From positions 1 through 64,000 of the forward strand of contig JAXMOL010000013.1 of assembly GCA_034669905.1 (NCBI GenBank): a stretch of 64,000 nt of DNA, written 5' to 3'. The stretch comes from Candidatus Hydrogenedentota bacterium (GTDB lineage Bacteria > Hydrogenedentota > Hydrogenedentia > Hydrogenedentales > JAEUWI01). Made by a program: the position numbers and the translations under genes. The stretch's first letter is position 1. Each line of letters starts with the position of its first letter. Of the stretch, positions 19,029 to 28,567 are shown in pieces. Below the pieces are notes generated by a model, which was not told the DNA's origin, searched no databases, and saw only the letters and a list, made by a program, of their open reading frames with translations.

Positions 19029-20050
19029 CCGTGGCCGTTTCGATGGTGTCCGTTGATGCCCGAAAGAAAGCGGTGAAGGGGGGCTTGCTTAGGTGCGTCC
19101 CTGCCCGTCTGCGCCGCTACGTAGGCCTTCAGTTCCGCCAGTTGGCTTGCGGTAGTCGTGCCCGGCCCGGCCTTGAGCCAGTGAATACGCGGGTCCGCAC
19201 GAAACCAGGTGAGCTGTCGTTTGGCATAACGGCGGTGATGTAACTGGGCGGCGACGATGGCCTCATCCAGACTTTTTTCGCCGCGCAGATGGGCCGCAAT
19301 CTCCCGGAAACCCAGGGCTTTCAGGCGCTCAATCTGAGGGCCATATCCCCGGTCGAGCAATTCTTGCACTTCCGCGACCCATCCATCGTCAATCATCTGA
19401 AGGACCCGCCGGTTGATGCGGTCATAGAGGTCCTGACGATTGGGGTAGTCCAGGGCAAACTGGAAGCAGGGAAGGGAGGGCGTGCGGGCACGGTGCTCCC
19501 GATGAAGTTCGCTGTAGGGGCGTCCGGTGAGCTCATAAACTTCCAGGGCGCGCACAATTCGCACGAGGTCGTTACTGCTCGTAATGCGTTGCGCGTAGTC
19601 CGGGTCCACTTCGCGCACCCGCTCCAGGAGATATTCCTTGCCCAGGCGTTCCGCGTCGGCCTGAAGGCGTTCTCGGATGGCCGGGTCTTCGCCGGGCCCG
19701 TCAAAGATGCCGTCGATGAGGGCGCTCACATACATGCCCGAGCCGCCGACGGCCACAGCGGGTACGCTTTCTTCCCGAAGAAGCGCCAGGCGCGCACGGG
19801 CCATGTCCTGATAGGTGCCGGCCGTGATCTCTTCATCGGGTTCGAGAAAGCCCACAAAGTGGTGGGGGACCCGGGCACAGTCATCCAGCGAGGGGGCCGC
19901 CGTACCGATCTCCATGCCGCTGTAAAACTGCATGGAGTCGACCGAAATGATTTCGGCACCTTGTTCGGCGGCCAGTGCGAGGCCCAGGGAAGACTTGCCG
20001 GAGCCGGTGGGGCCTACGACCGCGATGAGGGGTACTTCTGGTCTGCTCAC
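19025..20050 (-). CDS. miaA: tRNA dimethylallyltransferase
   Basis: GPTGSGKS, ISVDSMQFY, IGTA, RIVRALEV, RYAKRQLTWFR; directly follows mutL. Confidence 0.96.
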   Translation of the reverse strand: MSRPEVPLIAVVGPTGSGKSSLGLALAAEQGAEIISVDSMQFYSGMEIGTAAPSLDDCARVPHHFVGFLEPDEEITAGTYQDMARARLALLREESVPAVAVGGSGMYVSALIDGIFDGPGEDPAIRERLQADAERLGKEYLLERVREVDPDYAQRITSSNDLVRIVRALEVYELTGRPYSELHREHRARTPSLPCFQFALDYPNRQDLYDRINRRVLQMIDDGWVAEVQELLDRGYGPQIERLKALGFREIAAHLRGEKSLDEAIVAAQLHHRRYAKRQLTWFRADPRIHWLKAGPGTTTASQLAELKAYVAAQTGRDAPKQAPLHRFLSGINGHHRNGHG

Positions 20051-22056
20051 TGGATTCTCCGGAAACTTTTTTCCATCTGATTCTGGGTGAGCTCCACGAT
20101 GATGGGTCGGCCGTGGGGGCAGGTGTAGGGCGGACGCAGGCGCTCGAAGCCTTCGAGGAGACCCCGCCGTTCCTGGGGGGTCAGGGGGTCGCCGGCCCGC
20201 ACCGAGGCCTTGCAGGCCCGCGTCGCGAGCCGGAGCGTGTCGGACAAGACCTGTCCCCGGTCAAAGAGATCGCCCTGGCCCAATTCGTCGAGGATGTGAT
20301 AGACGAGATCGCGCACCTTGCCGTCTTCATAGAGGTGGCAGATGGCCGTGACCTGAAAGGTGTTGCCGCCAAAGGGCTCCAGTTCAATGCCCACATCGCG
20401 GAAGAGTTGGAGGTTGCTTTCCACCAGGCGGACCTGCGATGGCGCTACCTCAATGACGATGGGCACCGCGAGCTGTTGGGATTCGTAGGTATTGTCTTCC
20501 AACTCGGCGACGAGGCCGTCGTAGTTCAGGCGCTCGTGGAGGGCATGCTGGTCAATGATGAGCAGGCGGTCGTCGCCGGGCACCAGTAGATAAGTATCAA
20601 AGATCTGGAGCGGCGCGTCGGTCATCCCGCCGACGGGACGATACACCGCCTCGGGGATAATACGCTCAATGTCGTGCTTCTCGACAAAGCCGGGGAGATC
20701 GTCTTGTTGTGCCACGGGAGCCGGTGCTGGAACGGGCGCGGCCGTTGGCGCGGTCGCGGGGTGTGTGTCGGGTTCCGGCTCCGCGGCCACCGAGGGGGTG
20801 GGTCTGTCGGGCGACGGGGCTGCCGATGGAGAAGGGACTTCCGTTGCCGTGGGCCTGGCTTCTTGGGGTGACGTCGGTAGAACCGGTGGGACTATTTCCA
20901 CAGGGGGGGGCGACGTTTCCGTGACATCTGATGCGTCCAGGGAGGGCGAAGGCGGTGCTACGTCTTCCGATGTGGGTGCGGGTGCGGGCGTCGGCGTTAG
21001 TTGGGCCTGCTGGGGACGCGCGACTTCCGGCGCGGTCACGATAGAAGCCTGATCCTCCGCCAGGGCCTGGCGTACGATATCCCGTACGGCATCGCGGGCG
21101 ACCCGCTCATCCCGAAAGCGAATTTCCCGTTTCGCCGGGTGAATATTCACATCCACGTAACGGGGATGGGTTTCCAGCATTAACACGCCGATGGGATGGC
21201 GCCCAATCGTCACCAGACCGCGGTAGCCATCTTCGAAACCATATTGTAACGAGCGGTTGATGACCGGGCGGTGGTTCATAAAGAAAAACTGATGGGAGCG
21301 TACCGAACGGGTGAGCCCGGGACGTCCAACGACGCCGTGAAGCCGAAAGCCCGCCTGCTCCCCCGAAATTTCGACCATGTCGCGGGCAAAGTTCAGTCCC
21401 CAGATGAGAGCGACCCGTTCTTTCAGACTCGCATGGGCGGGGATATCCAAGAGCATCTTGTCGTTGTGGATAAACTGAAAGCCGACGCCCGTGCGTGCCA
21501 GGGCGTGGCGTTGAACGGCGTCGATGCAATGGCCCAGCTCGGTGGTCAGCCCTTTGAGGAACTTGGCACGAACCGGTGTGTTGAAATAAAGGCGGTTGAC
21601 CGTGATGCGGGTGCCGGGGCGGGAACCGATTTGTTCCACATCGCGGAGGATGCCGCCATCAATGCGGATGCGTGTGCCGCTGTCATCTTTTGCGCGGCGC
21701 GTCACCAGTTCAAAGCGGGAAACGGACGCGATACTCGCCAGGGCTTCTCCGCGAAAGCCCATGGTGGTCACGTCTTCCAGGTCTTCTGCTGAGCGAATCT
21801 TGCTGGTCGCGTGGCGCTCGATGGCCAGCAGGGCGTTCTGCTCCGACATGCCATGGCCATCGTCGATGACTTCGATGAGCCGTCGTCCCGCCGCCACCAC
21901 GCGGACAGTGATACGCCCGGCCCCGGCGTCCAGCGCATTCTCCACCAATTCTTTCACCACCGATGCGGGGCGTTCCACGACTTCTCCTGCGGCGATCTTA
22001 TTGGCCACATCTTCGGGTAACACGCGCACGGAGGCTATGGAGGTGGAAGTACTCAC
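20047..22056 (-). CDS. mutL: DNA mismatch repair endonuclease MutL
   Basis: KIAAGEVVERPASVVKELVENALDAGA, GFRGEALASI, DVNIHPAKRE, DQHALHER, ACK, CPHGRP; Pro/Ala-rich linker. Confidence 0.98.
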   Translation of the reverse strand: MSTSTSIASVRVLPEDVANKIAAGEVVERPASVVKELVENALDAGAGRITVRVVAAGRRLIEVIDDGHGMSEQNALLAIERHATSKIRSAEDLEDVTTMGFRGEALASIASVSRFELVTRRAKDDSGTRIRIDGGILRDVEQIGSRPGTRITVNRLYFNTPVRAKFLKGLTTELGHCIDAVQRHALARTGVGFQFIHNDKMLLDIPAHASLKERVALIWGLNFARDMVEISGEQAGFRLHGVVGRPGLTRSVRSHQFFFMNHRPVINRSLQYGFEDGYRGLVTIGRHPIGVLMLETHPRYVDVNIHPAKREIRFRDERVARDAVRDIVRQALAEDQASIVTAPEVARPQQAQLTPTPAPAPTSEDVAPPSPSLDASDVTETSPPPVEIVPPVLPTSPQEARPTATEVPSPSAAPSPDRPTPSVAAEPEPDTHPATAPTAAPVPAPAPVAQQDDLPGFVEKHDIERIIPEAVYRPVGGMTDAPLQIFDTYLLVPGDDRLLIIDQHALHERLNYDGLVAELEDNTYESQQLAVPIVIEVAPSQVRLVESNLQLFRDVGIELEPFGGNTFQVTAICHLYEDGKVRDLVYHILDELGQGDLFDRGQVLSDTLRLATRACKASVRAGDPLTPQERRGLLEGFERLRPPYTCPHGRPIIVELTQNQMEKSFRRIQ

Positions 22057-22448
22057 GGGATTCCTTTTGGATGCCAGGTTGTCTGAATTCTTGCGTTATG
22101 TTAACACGGCAGGGACCGCAAAATCGTATCGGAAAAGGGGTAAATTTGTCGCCGGGCGATGGTGCGTTCAGGCGGGCGGCGGACGTGGAAGGGGGGAGGT
22201 GCTCGGCAAGACGGCTCCGGCTCCAAAGGGAAGCGACACAGTTTTACACACAATTCGCCCCCGGTGCCGAAATTCCGACAGATCTACAGGGTGTTGATGT
22301 CTGAATCTCGTACATCGGTTCACCACAACATTTTGTAGTTGATTCCGTTCTACTTTTGATTGTGAGAACGGGTATACTACGCAGGGGAGGGGGCTGGGAC
22401 ATGGGCGAGAACCGCCCGTTGTCACGAACTGGGATCCTGTAGAGAGCG

Positions 22449-25400
22449 ATGGAAGCTAGTAGTAACGATTCGTGTTTGCACGTCCGCTTTGAGCGGTGTG
22501 TTGTAGAAACACCCGACGCGTCCGCCCTGACGTGTTCGGGGGAAACCCTGAGCTATGCCGCGCTGAATCGGCGTGCCAACCGACTGGCGCGCCATCTCCA
22601 GTCCCTGGGCGTTTCCCACGAAGATCTGGTGGGCCTCTGCCTGGACCGCAGCATCGACACCGTCGTGGCTATCCTCGCGGTATTGAAGGCAGGTGGGGCC
22701 TATGTGCCCATGGACCCTTTCTACCCGGCCGAGCGGGTGCGCATGATTGTGGAAGAAGCCCAGTGCAAGGTGGTTGTTCTCCACGAAGCCCAGACGGATC
22801 GCTTCGCGGACGAGCAGGACGTGACGCTGGTGGTGCTCGATGGCGAAGTGACGCCCTGGGACGCCCTCCCAGGGGACAATGTGGCCAACGTGGCGTCGGG
22901 CAACAGCCTGAACTATGTCATGTTTACCTCGGGCTCAACCGGTAAGCCCAAGGGCGTGCCCATCTCCCATTGGAATGTGGTCCGCCTCTTCACATCGACG
23001 GACCATTGGTTTCACTTCAGCCGTGATGAATCCTGGGCAGTGTTCCACTCCTACTCCTTTGACCTTTCCGTGTGGGAAATGTGGGGTGCCTTGCTCCATG
23101 GCGGTCGGGTCGTCATGGTGCCCTATCAGGTGGGGCGCTCTCCCGAAGATTTTTACCAATTGCTGGTGGAGGAACAGGTCACCCATATCTGCCAGACGCC
23201 GTCGGCATTTCGCCAGCTCCAATTGCACGAAGATACCCTGCCGGAATCTGCCTGGAAAAAACTTGGCCTGCGCTGTGTGGTCGTGGCAGGTGAAGCCCTT
23301 TCCTTCCACAGCCTGACGTCCTGGTTTGAACGGCACGGCGACGACCAGCCCCAGATTATCAATATGTATGGCATCACGGAGACCACGGTCTACGTGACCT
23401 ATCGTCGCGTCTTTCAGCATGAAGCCACCCCCGACATGCCGAGCTATATCGGTGTGCCCATTCCCGATCAGCCCTGCTATATTCTCGACGAAAACCTCAA
23501 GCCGGTCGAGATCGGTGAGGAGGGGGAGCTCTATGTGGGGGGAGAAGGCAATGCCACGGGGTACTTCAAACGACCCGATTTGACCGAGGCACGCTTTATC
23601 CCCAATCCCTTTGACCCCGACGGCGGCACCCTGTATAAATCCGGGGATCTGGTGCGCCGGGAAGAAGGGGACATGGCCTACATTGGCCGTATCGATACCC
23701 AGGTGCAGATTCGTGGTTTCCGCGTGGAACTCGGAGAGATTGAAGCCAAGTTGGCCGCCCATCAGGAAGTGCTGGGCGCGGTTGTCCGCCTGCGGGAAGA
23801 TACGCCCGGCGACCAGCGGCTGGTGGGGTATTACCTCGCCGATAGGCCCGTGGCGGCGGCGTCCATGCGGGAACACCTCGCCGCGACCCTGCCACCCTAC
23901 ATGGTGCCGTCCCGCTATGTGCACATGGACGCCTTTCCCCTGAATGGCAACGGAAAGATCGATTCCAAGGCCTTGCCCCCACCCTCCGGGGATTTGGAGC
24001 GGGATGAGTTCGTCGCGCCGGAAACGGAACACGAAAAAGCACTGGCGGAGATCTGGCAAACCCTCCTCGGCGTGTCCTCGGTGGGATGTGCAGATGATTT
24101 CCTCAACCTGGGGGGGCACTCTCTGCTGGCCACCCAGTTGGTCGCCCGATTGGAAGAGCGCTTCTCGGTGCGGCTGCCCCTTCGTGAAATCCTGGAATCT
24201 ACCACGCTGCGCGCCCAGGCAGAGGCCTTGTCCCGCGCGGTGGCTGCCGGTACCACGGTCACGCTGCCGGCCCTGAAAGCCGTTGATCGTGCGGCGTCAT
24301 TGCCCCTCTCTTCGCCCCAGGAGCAGCTATGGATCCTGTCTAAATTCGAGCAGGGGCTGTCGGCCTACAATATTTCGCTGATGTTTCGGCTCGAAGGGCC
24401 ACTCGCCCCGAAACGCTTTGAAGCCGCCCTGAACCGCGTTATCGCGCGCCACGAAGCCCTGCGCATGAAGTTCGTGGAAGAGGGCGGGGTGCCGCGTCAG
24501 TATATTCAAGACGAAGTGTTGGTTTCGGTGCCCGAGATCGACCTGCGGTCCCTGACGGAGGGGGCGCAAGCAGAAGACGTGGCGCAACGGGCCCGTCAGC
24601 TCGCGCGACAGTCCATGCCCCTGGATACAGGCCCCCTGCTACGGGGCGAACTCTACCGCCTTGGGAAAAATTCCTATCAGCTTGCACTGGTCATCCATCA
24701 TATCGTTTTTGATGGCTGGTCTATCAGCGTCTTGCTCCATGCCCTTTCTGAGGCCTACACGGAAGAAGGGGTTGAAACGGTCCCTGCCCTTCCGGACTGC
24801 GACTATGCGGCCTATGTGGTGTGGCAGCGGGAAGGACTCAATGGCACGGCGCTGGATGTACAACGGAGCTATTGGCGCCGGCAGTTGCGGGGCCCCCTTC
24901 CCGTGCTGGAAGTGCCCACCGATTTTCCCCGTCCCCCGCGGCAGACCTTCGCGGGTGACGCGATCACCGTGACCCTTTCCCCTGCACTGAGTGACTCCCT
25001 CAAGGACCTGGCGACCGCCCATCGGGTCACGCCCTTTGTGGTGATGCTCGCGGGCTGGAAGGCCCTGCTCTATCGCTACACCGGGCAAGAAGACTGCATT
25101 GTCGGCATTGCCCTGGCCGGTCGCAATCGGGTGGAGTTTGAGCCGCTGATTGGCTACTTCATCAATACCGTGGCCATCCGCACCGCCCTCGGGCGCGACC
25201 TGCCTTTCGCCCAATTGCTGGATCGGGTGCACGATGGGAGCCGCAGTGCCCAGGAAAACCAGGATATCCCCTTTGCCGAGGTGGTGGCCGATTGCCAGAT
25301 TGACCGTGACCCCAGTCGGACGCCGATTTTCCAGGGCATGTTTGTGTACCACAACACGCCGGACTATAGCGTCCAACTGGGCGAAGTAAAGATCCAGGGG

Positions 25401-28400
25401 CGGGAATACAGCAATGGGGGCGCCAAGTTTGATCTTACCATGGCGGTATTGCCGACGGAGCAAGGCTTCGAACTGAGCCTGGAATACAACACGGCGCTCT
25501 ATAAGAAAGAGACTGCCAACACGCTGCTGGAGCGCTTCGTCAATCTGCTGGAGTCCGGCGCGACGGATTCTTCCCAGGCCATTGGGCAGCTCTCCCTTGC
25601 CGTGCCATCCCCCGCGACGGGGTCCGGGACCCCTTCCCCGGCGGGTGCACACCCGAAAGGCAATACCCCGGCGGCAGCGCGGGACACCCTGCAAGGGGTT
25701 TTTGAGGCCCAGGTTGTACGGCGTCCCGATGGCCCCGCAATTACCTGCGACGGTACGACCCTGACCTATTCCGAGCTCAATGGGCGCGCCAACCAGGTGG
25801 CCCATTATCTGATGGCCCATCAGGTGGAACGGGGCACCCTGGTCGGCTTGTGCCTTGACCGCAGTATCGACACGGTGGTGGCCATCTTGGCCGTACTGAA
25901 AGCCGGGGCGGCCTACGTGCCCATGGACCCCGTCTACCCCGCCGAGCGGATGCAGCTCATCATCGAAGATGCCGAATGCCCGGTTGTCATCACCCATGTG
26001 GCTCAGCAGGAGCGCTTCGACTACCAGCGGGTGACGGTGTTGGTGCTGGATCATATCGACACCGACCTGACGGGCTACTCGGTCGAGAATCCCCAACAGC
26101 CTTGCAGTGCCGACGATCTGGCCTACGTCATCTATACCTCCGGTTCCACGGGCAAGCCCAAAGGGGCGCTCATCTATCACCGGAACGTGACCCGCCTGGT
26201 CACCGGGATGGAAAAGTGGTTCGACCTCGATGAATCCGACAGTTTCACCATGTTTCACTCCTATGCCTTCGACTATTCGGTGTGGGAGCTCTGGGGCGCG
26301 CTCTACTATGGGGGCCGGGTGGTGATGGTGCCCTATGTTGTCAGCCGTTCGCCGGAAAAGTTTTATCAACTCCTGCAGGATGAGCAGGTCACCGTGTTGA
26401 GTCAGACGCCGTCATCCTTTAAGCAATTGCAGTTTGTCGACGAGCAACGCGCCGAAGAATCCCGGCAATCCCTGGCCCTGCGCTATGTGCTGGTCGGCGG
26501 GGAAGCCGTGGATCTCCCGGGCTTCCGCACGTGGTTTGACCGCCACGGAACCACGGACCCCGAAATCTATATTGTCTATGGGATTACCGAGACCACCGTT
26601 TTCATTACGTGTCGCTTGTTAACCATGGAAGATACCCAGCCCGGAACCCCGAATCTTATCGGCACGGCCATCGATGATCTGAGCGCCCATGTGCTGGATG
26701 AGACCATGACACCCGTGGCCCTGGGGGAAGTGGGTGAGCTGTATGTCGGCGGTGCCGGTGTGGGCGGGGGCTATCTGCGACGTCCCGTATTGAACCGTGA
26801 GAAATTCGTTCCCGATCCCTTCAGCGAAAAAGACGGCGCCATACTCTACAAGACCGGTGACCTCGTTCGGCTCCTGGAGGGCGACCTCGAATTCATTGGC
26901 CGCAATGACCACCAGGTCCAGCTCCGTGGATTCCGTGTGGAACTCGGTGAAATTGAATCGGTGCTGAATGGTCTCCCCGGCGTCCGTAGCGCCATCGTTC
27001 GCGCGCGGGAAGACCAGCCGGGCGATATGCGCCTGGTGGCCTACTACCTGGCTGCCGAGGAGCTTTCGCTTCCCACGTTGCGCGCGGGATTGCTGGATAA
27101 ACTGCCGGCCTATATGGTGCCCTCCCATTTCCTTCATCTGGCGGAGTTCCCGTTAAACAATAACGGAAAAGTGGATGTGGACGCCTTGCCCGCACCGGGC
27201 GTGGTGCTGAGAGACGTGGAAGAGGAAGAAGACTTCTCGGACACGGAAGCCCGCATCGCCGAAATCTGGTCCCGCGTACTTCGTGTGGGTGGGGTTCGGA
27301 AGCACGACAATTTTTTTGAGGTCGGAGGTCACTCTCTCCTCGCGATTCAGGTATTGAATCAGGTGAACGAGGCCTTTGGGCAGTCACGTGATTTGCGGGA
27401 CTTCTTCGATGCGCCCACGGTGGCGTCCATGGCCGCGCTGCTCGATGGGGCGGATGACGACACGTCCCGACGAAGTTTCCAATGCCTGGTAGAACTGAAA
27501 AAAGGAACAGGGATTCCCTTCTTCTGCCTGAAGGGGGCCGGCGATGTCGGCGGAAGCTACGAGACGTTTGCGAACGCGCTTGACGACTCCCAGCCCTTCT
27601 ACGGATTTCCCGATCTGGATTTCGAGGCCCTGGAGCAATCTGGCGAGCCGGCCACGGTGGAGACCATCGCCCGGTGTTGTATCGAGGAGATCCGCGCAGT
27701 ACGACCCCATGGGCCCTATTACCTGGGCGGTTACTCCTTTGGAGGGCTCGTGGCCTACGAGATGGCCCGTCAATTGCTCGAGGCCGGGGAAGAAGTGCCC
27801 TTCCTGGCGATGCTGGACAGCAGTATTCCCGATCATTCGGAAGTGCCGCCGGGATTAACCGTTGAGTATGCCCTGCACCAACTGAACCGCTGCTGGGTGC
27901 GCCTCTATATGACGAGCTATACCTGGAAATTGCTCTTGGGCTATGGTCGGGATGCCCTGCGGCTCACCGTTGGACGCCTTTTTTCCAAGCCGTCGAAGGG
28001 GGGCGAGCATCTCACGTGGCGCGACTACCTGCGCTGGATTCAATTGGATACCTCGGTGCAGTACTACCTGATTCATGCCGGTCTCGTGAAACCCACGATC
28101 AGGGAGCGGCGGCTGGAAATGGTCAAAGAACAACTTGTACGCCATAGCACCAAGAGCATGGTGTCCAGCAAGCAGGCTATGGCGGGATACACGCTAAAGC
28201 CCATACCCGTAAAGGTTACTTTGTTTCGGGCAGAACACAATCCGTCTGGTTCGGAAAAACGTGACCCCACCTTCGGGTGGGAAGGCTATGCGCAGAAAGG
28301 GGTCGATGTCGTAGTGGTTCCCGGTAACCATATGGTGCTGATTCGTTGGCCCTTTGCCAACGACTTGGGGAGGGCCCTGCAAAAAGCCATTGATAACCTG

Positions 28401-28436
28401 GAGCAGGCCGCCCCATCACACGCTGAAATAAAATAG
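22449..28436 (+). CDS. Two-module non-ribosomal peptide synthetase, A-T-C-A-T-TE
   Basis: Two A domains (TSGSTGKPKG, YGITETT, YK(S/T)GDL, RGFRVELGEIE, NGK(I/V)D), two PCPs (GGHSLLA), C domain HHIVFDGWS, thioesterase GYSFG and GNH. Confidence 0.96.
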   Translation: MEASSNDSCLHVRFERCVVETPDASALTCSGETLSYAALNRRANRLARHLQSLGVSHEDLVGLCLDRSIDTVVAILAVLKAGGAYVPMDPFYPAERVRMIVEEAQCKVVVLHEAQTDRFADEQDVTLVVLDGEVTPWDALPGDNVANVASGNSLNYVMFTSGSTGKPKGVPISHWNVVRLFTSTDHWFHFSRDESWAVFHSYSFDLSVWEMWGALLHGGRVVMVPYQVGRSPEDFYQLLVEEQVTHICQTPSAFRQLQLHEDTLPESAWKKLGLRCVVVAGEALSFHSLTSWFERHGDDQPQIINMYGITETTVYVTYRRVFQHEATPDMPSYIGVPIPDQPCYILDENLKPVEIGEEGELYVGGEGNATGYFKRPDLTEARFIPNPFDPDGGTLYKSGDLVRREEGDMAYIGRIDTQVQIRGFRVELGEIEAKLAAHQEVLGAVVRLREDTPGDQRLVGYYLADRPVAAASMREHLAATLPPYMVPSRYVHMDAFPLNGNGKIDSKALPPPSGDLERDEFVAPETEHEKALAEIWQTLLGVSSVGCADDFLNLGGHSLLATQLVARLEERFSVRLPLREILESTTLRAQAEALSRAVAAGTTVTLPALKAVDRAASLPLSSPQEQLWILSKFEQGLSAYNISLMFRLEGPLAPKRFEAALNRVIARHEALRMKFVEEGGVPRQYIQDEVLVSVPEIDLRSLTEGAQAEDVAQRARQLARQSMPLDTGPLLRGELYRLGKNSYQLALVIHHIVFDGWSISVLLHALSEAYTEEGVETVPALPDCDYAAYVVWQREGLNGTALDVQRSYWRRQLRGPLPVLEVPTDFPRPPRQTFAGDAITVTLSPALSDSLKDLATAHRVTPFVVMLAGWKALLYRYTGQEDCIVGIALAGRNRVEFEPLIGYFINTVAIRTALGRDLPFAQLLDRVHDGSRSAQENQDIPFAEVVADCQIDRDPSRTPIFQGMFVYHNTPDYSVQLGEVKIQGREYSNGGAKFDLTMAVLPTEQGFELSLEYNTALYKKETANTLLERFVNLLESGATDSSQAIGQLSLAVPSPATGSGTPSPAGAHPKGNTPAAARDTLQGVFEAQVVRRPDGPAITCDGTTLTYSELNGRANQVAHYLMAHQVERGTLVGLCLDRSIDTVVAILAVLKAGAAYVPMDPVYPAERMQLIIEDAECPVVITHVAQQERFDYQRVTVLVLDHIDTDLTGYSVENPQQPCSADDLAYVIYTSGSTGKPKGALIYHRNVTRLVTGMEKWFDLDESDSFTMFHSYAFDYSVWELWGALYYGGRVVMVPYVVSRSPEKFYQLLQDEQVTVLSQTPSSFKQLQFVDEQRAEESRQSLALRYVLVGGEAVDLPGFRTWFDRHGTTDPEIYIVYGITETTVFITCRLLTMEDTQPGTPNLIGTAIDDLSAHVLDETMTPVALGEVGELYVGGAGVGGGYLRRPVLNREKFVPDPFSEKDGAILYKTGDLVRLLEGDLEFIGRNDHQVQLRGFRVELGEIESVLNGLPGVRSAIVRAREDQPGDMRLVAYYLAAEELSLPTLRAGLLDKLPAYMVPSHFLHLAEFPLNNNGKVDVDALPAPGVVLRDVEEEEDFSDTEARIAEIWSRVLRVGGVRKHDNFFEVGGHSLLAIQVLNQVNEAFGQSRDLRDFFDAPTVASMAALLDGADDDTSRRSFQCLVELKKGTGIPFFCLKGAGDVGGSYETFANALDDSQPFYGFPDLDFEALEQSGEPATVETIARCCIEEIRAVRPHGPYYLGGYSFGGLVAYEMARQLLEAGEEVPFLAMLDSSIPDHSEVPPGLTVEYALHQLNRCWVRLYMTSYTWKLLLGYGRDALRLTVGRLFSKPSKGGEHLTWRDYLRWIQLDTSVQYYLIHAGLVKPTIRERRLEMVKEQLVRHSTKSMVSSKQAMAGYTLKPIPVKVTLFRAEHNPSGSEKRDPTFGWEGYAQKGVDVVVVPGNHMVLIRWPFANDLGRALQKAIDNLEQAAPSHAEIK

Positions 28437-28567
28437 TCCTCCAGTCGCACCCCATGCGGTTGTAATTGCCGTAGTGCGCTGTGCTAGTGTTTCCCTGTCA
28501 CTGGGCTGCTCTTTCTGAGCAGCCGAGCGAGCGAACGGGAGGTCGCGGACTGGTGAAATTGGGAGTG

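Noticed and set aside
20660..21050. Pro/Ala/Thr-rich low-complexity stretch in mutL
   Set aside because: It corresponds to the normal variable interdomain linker of MutL.
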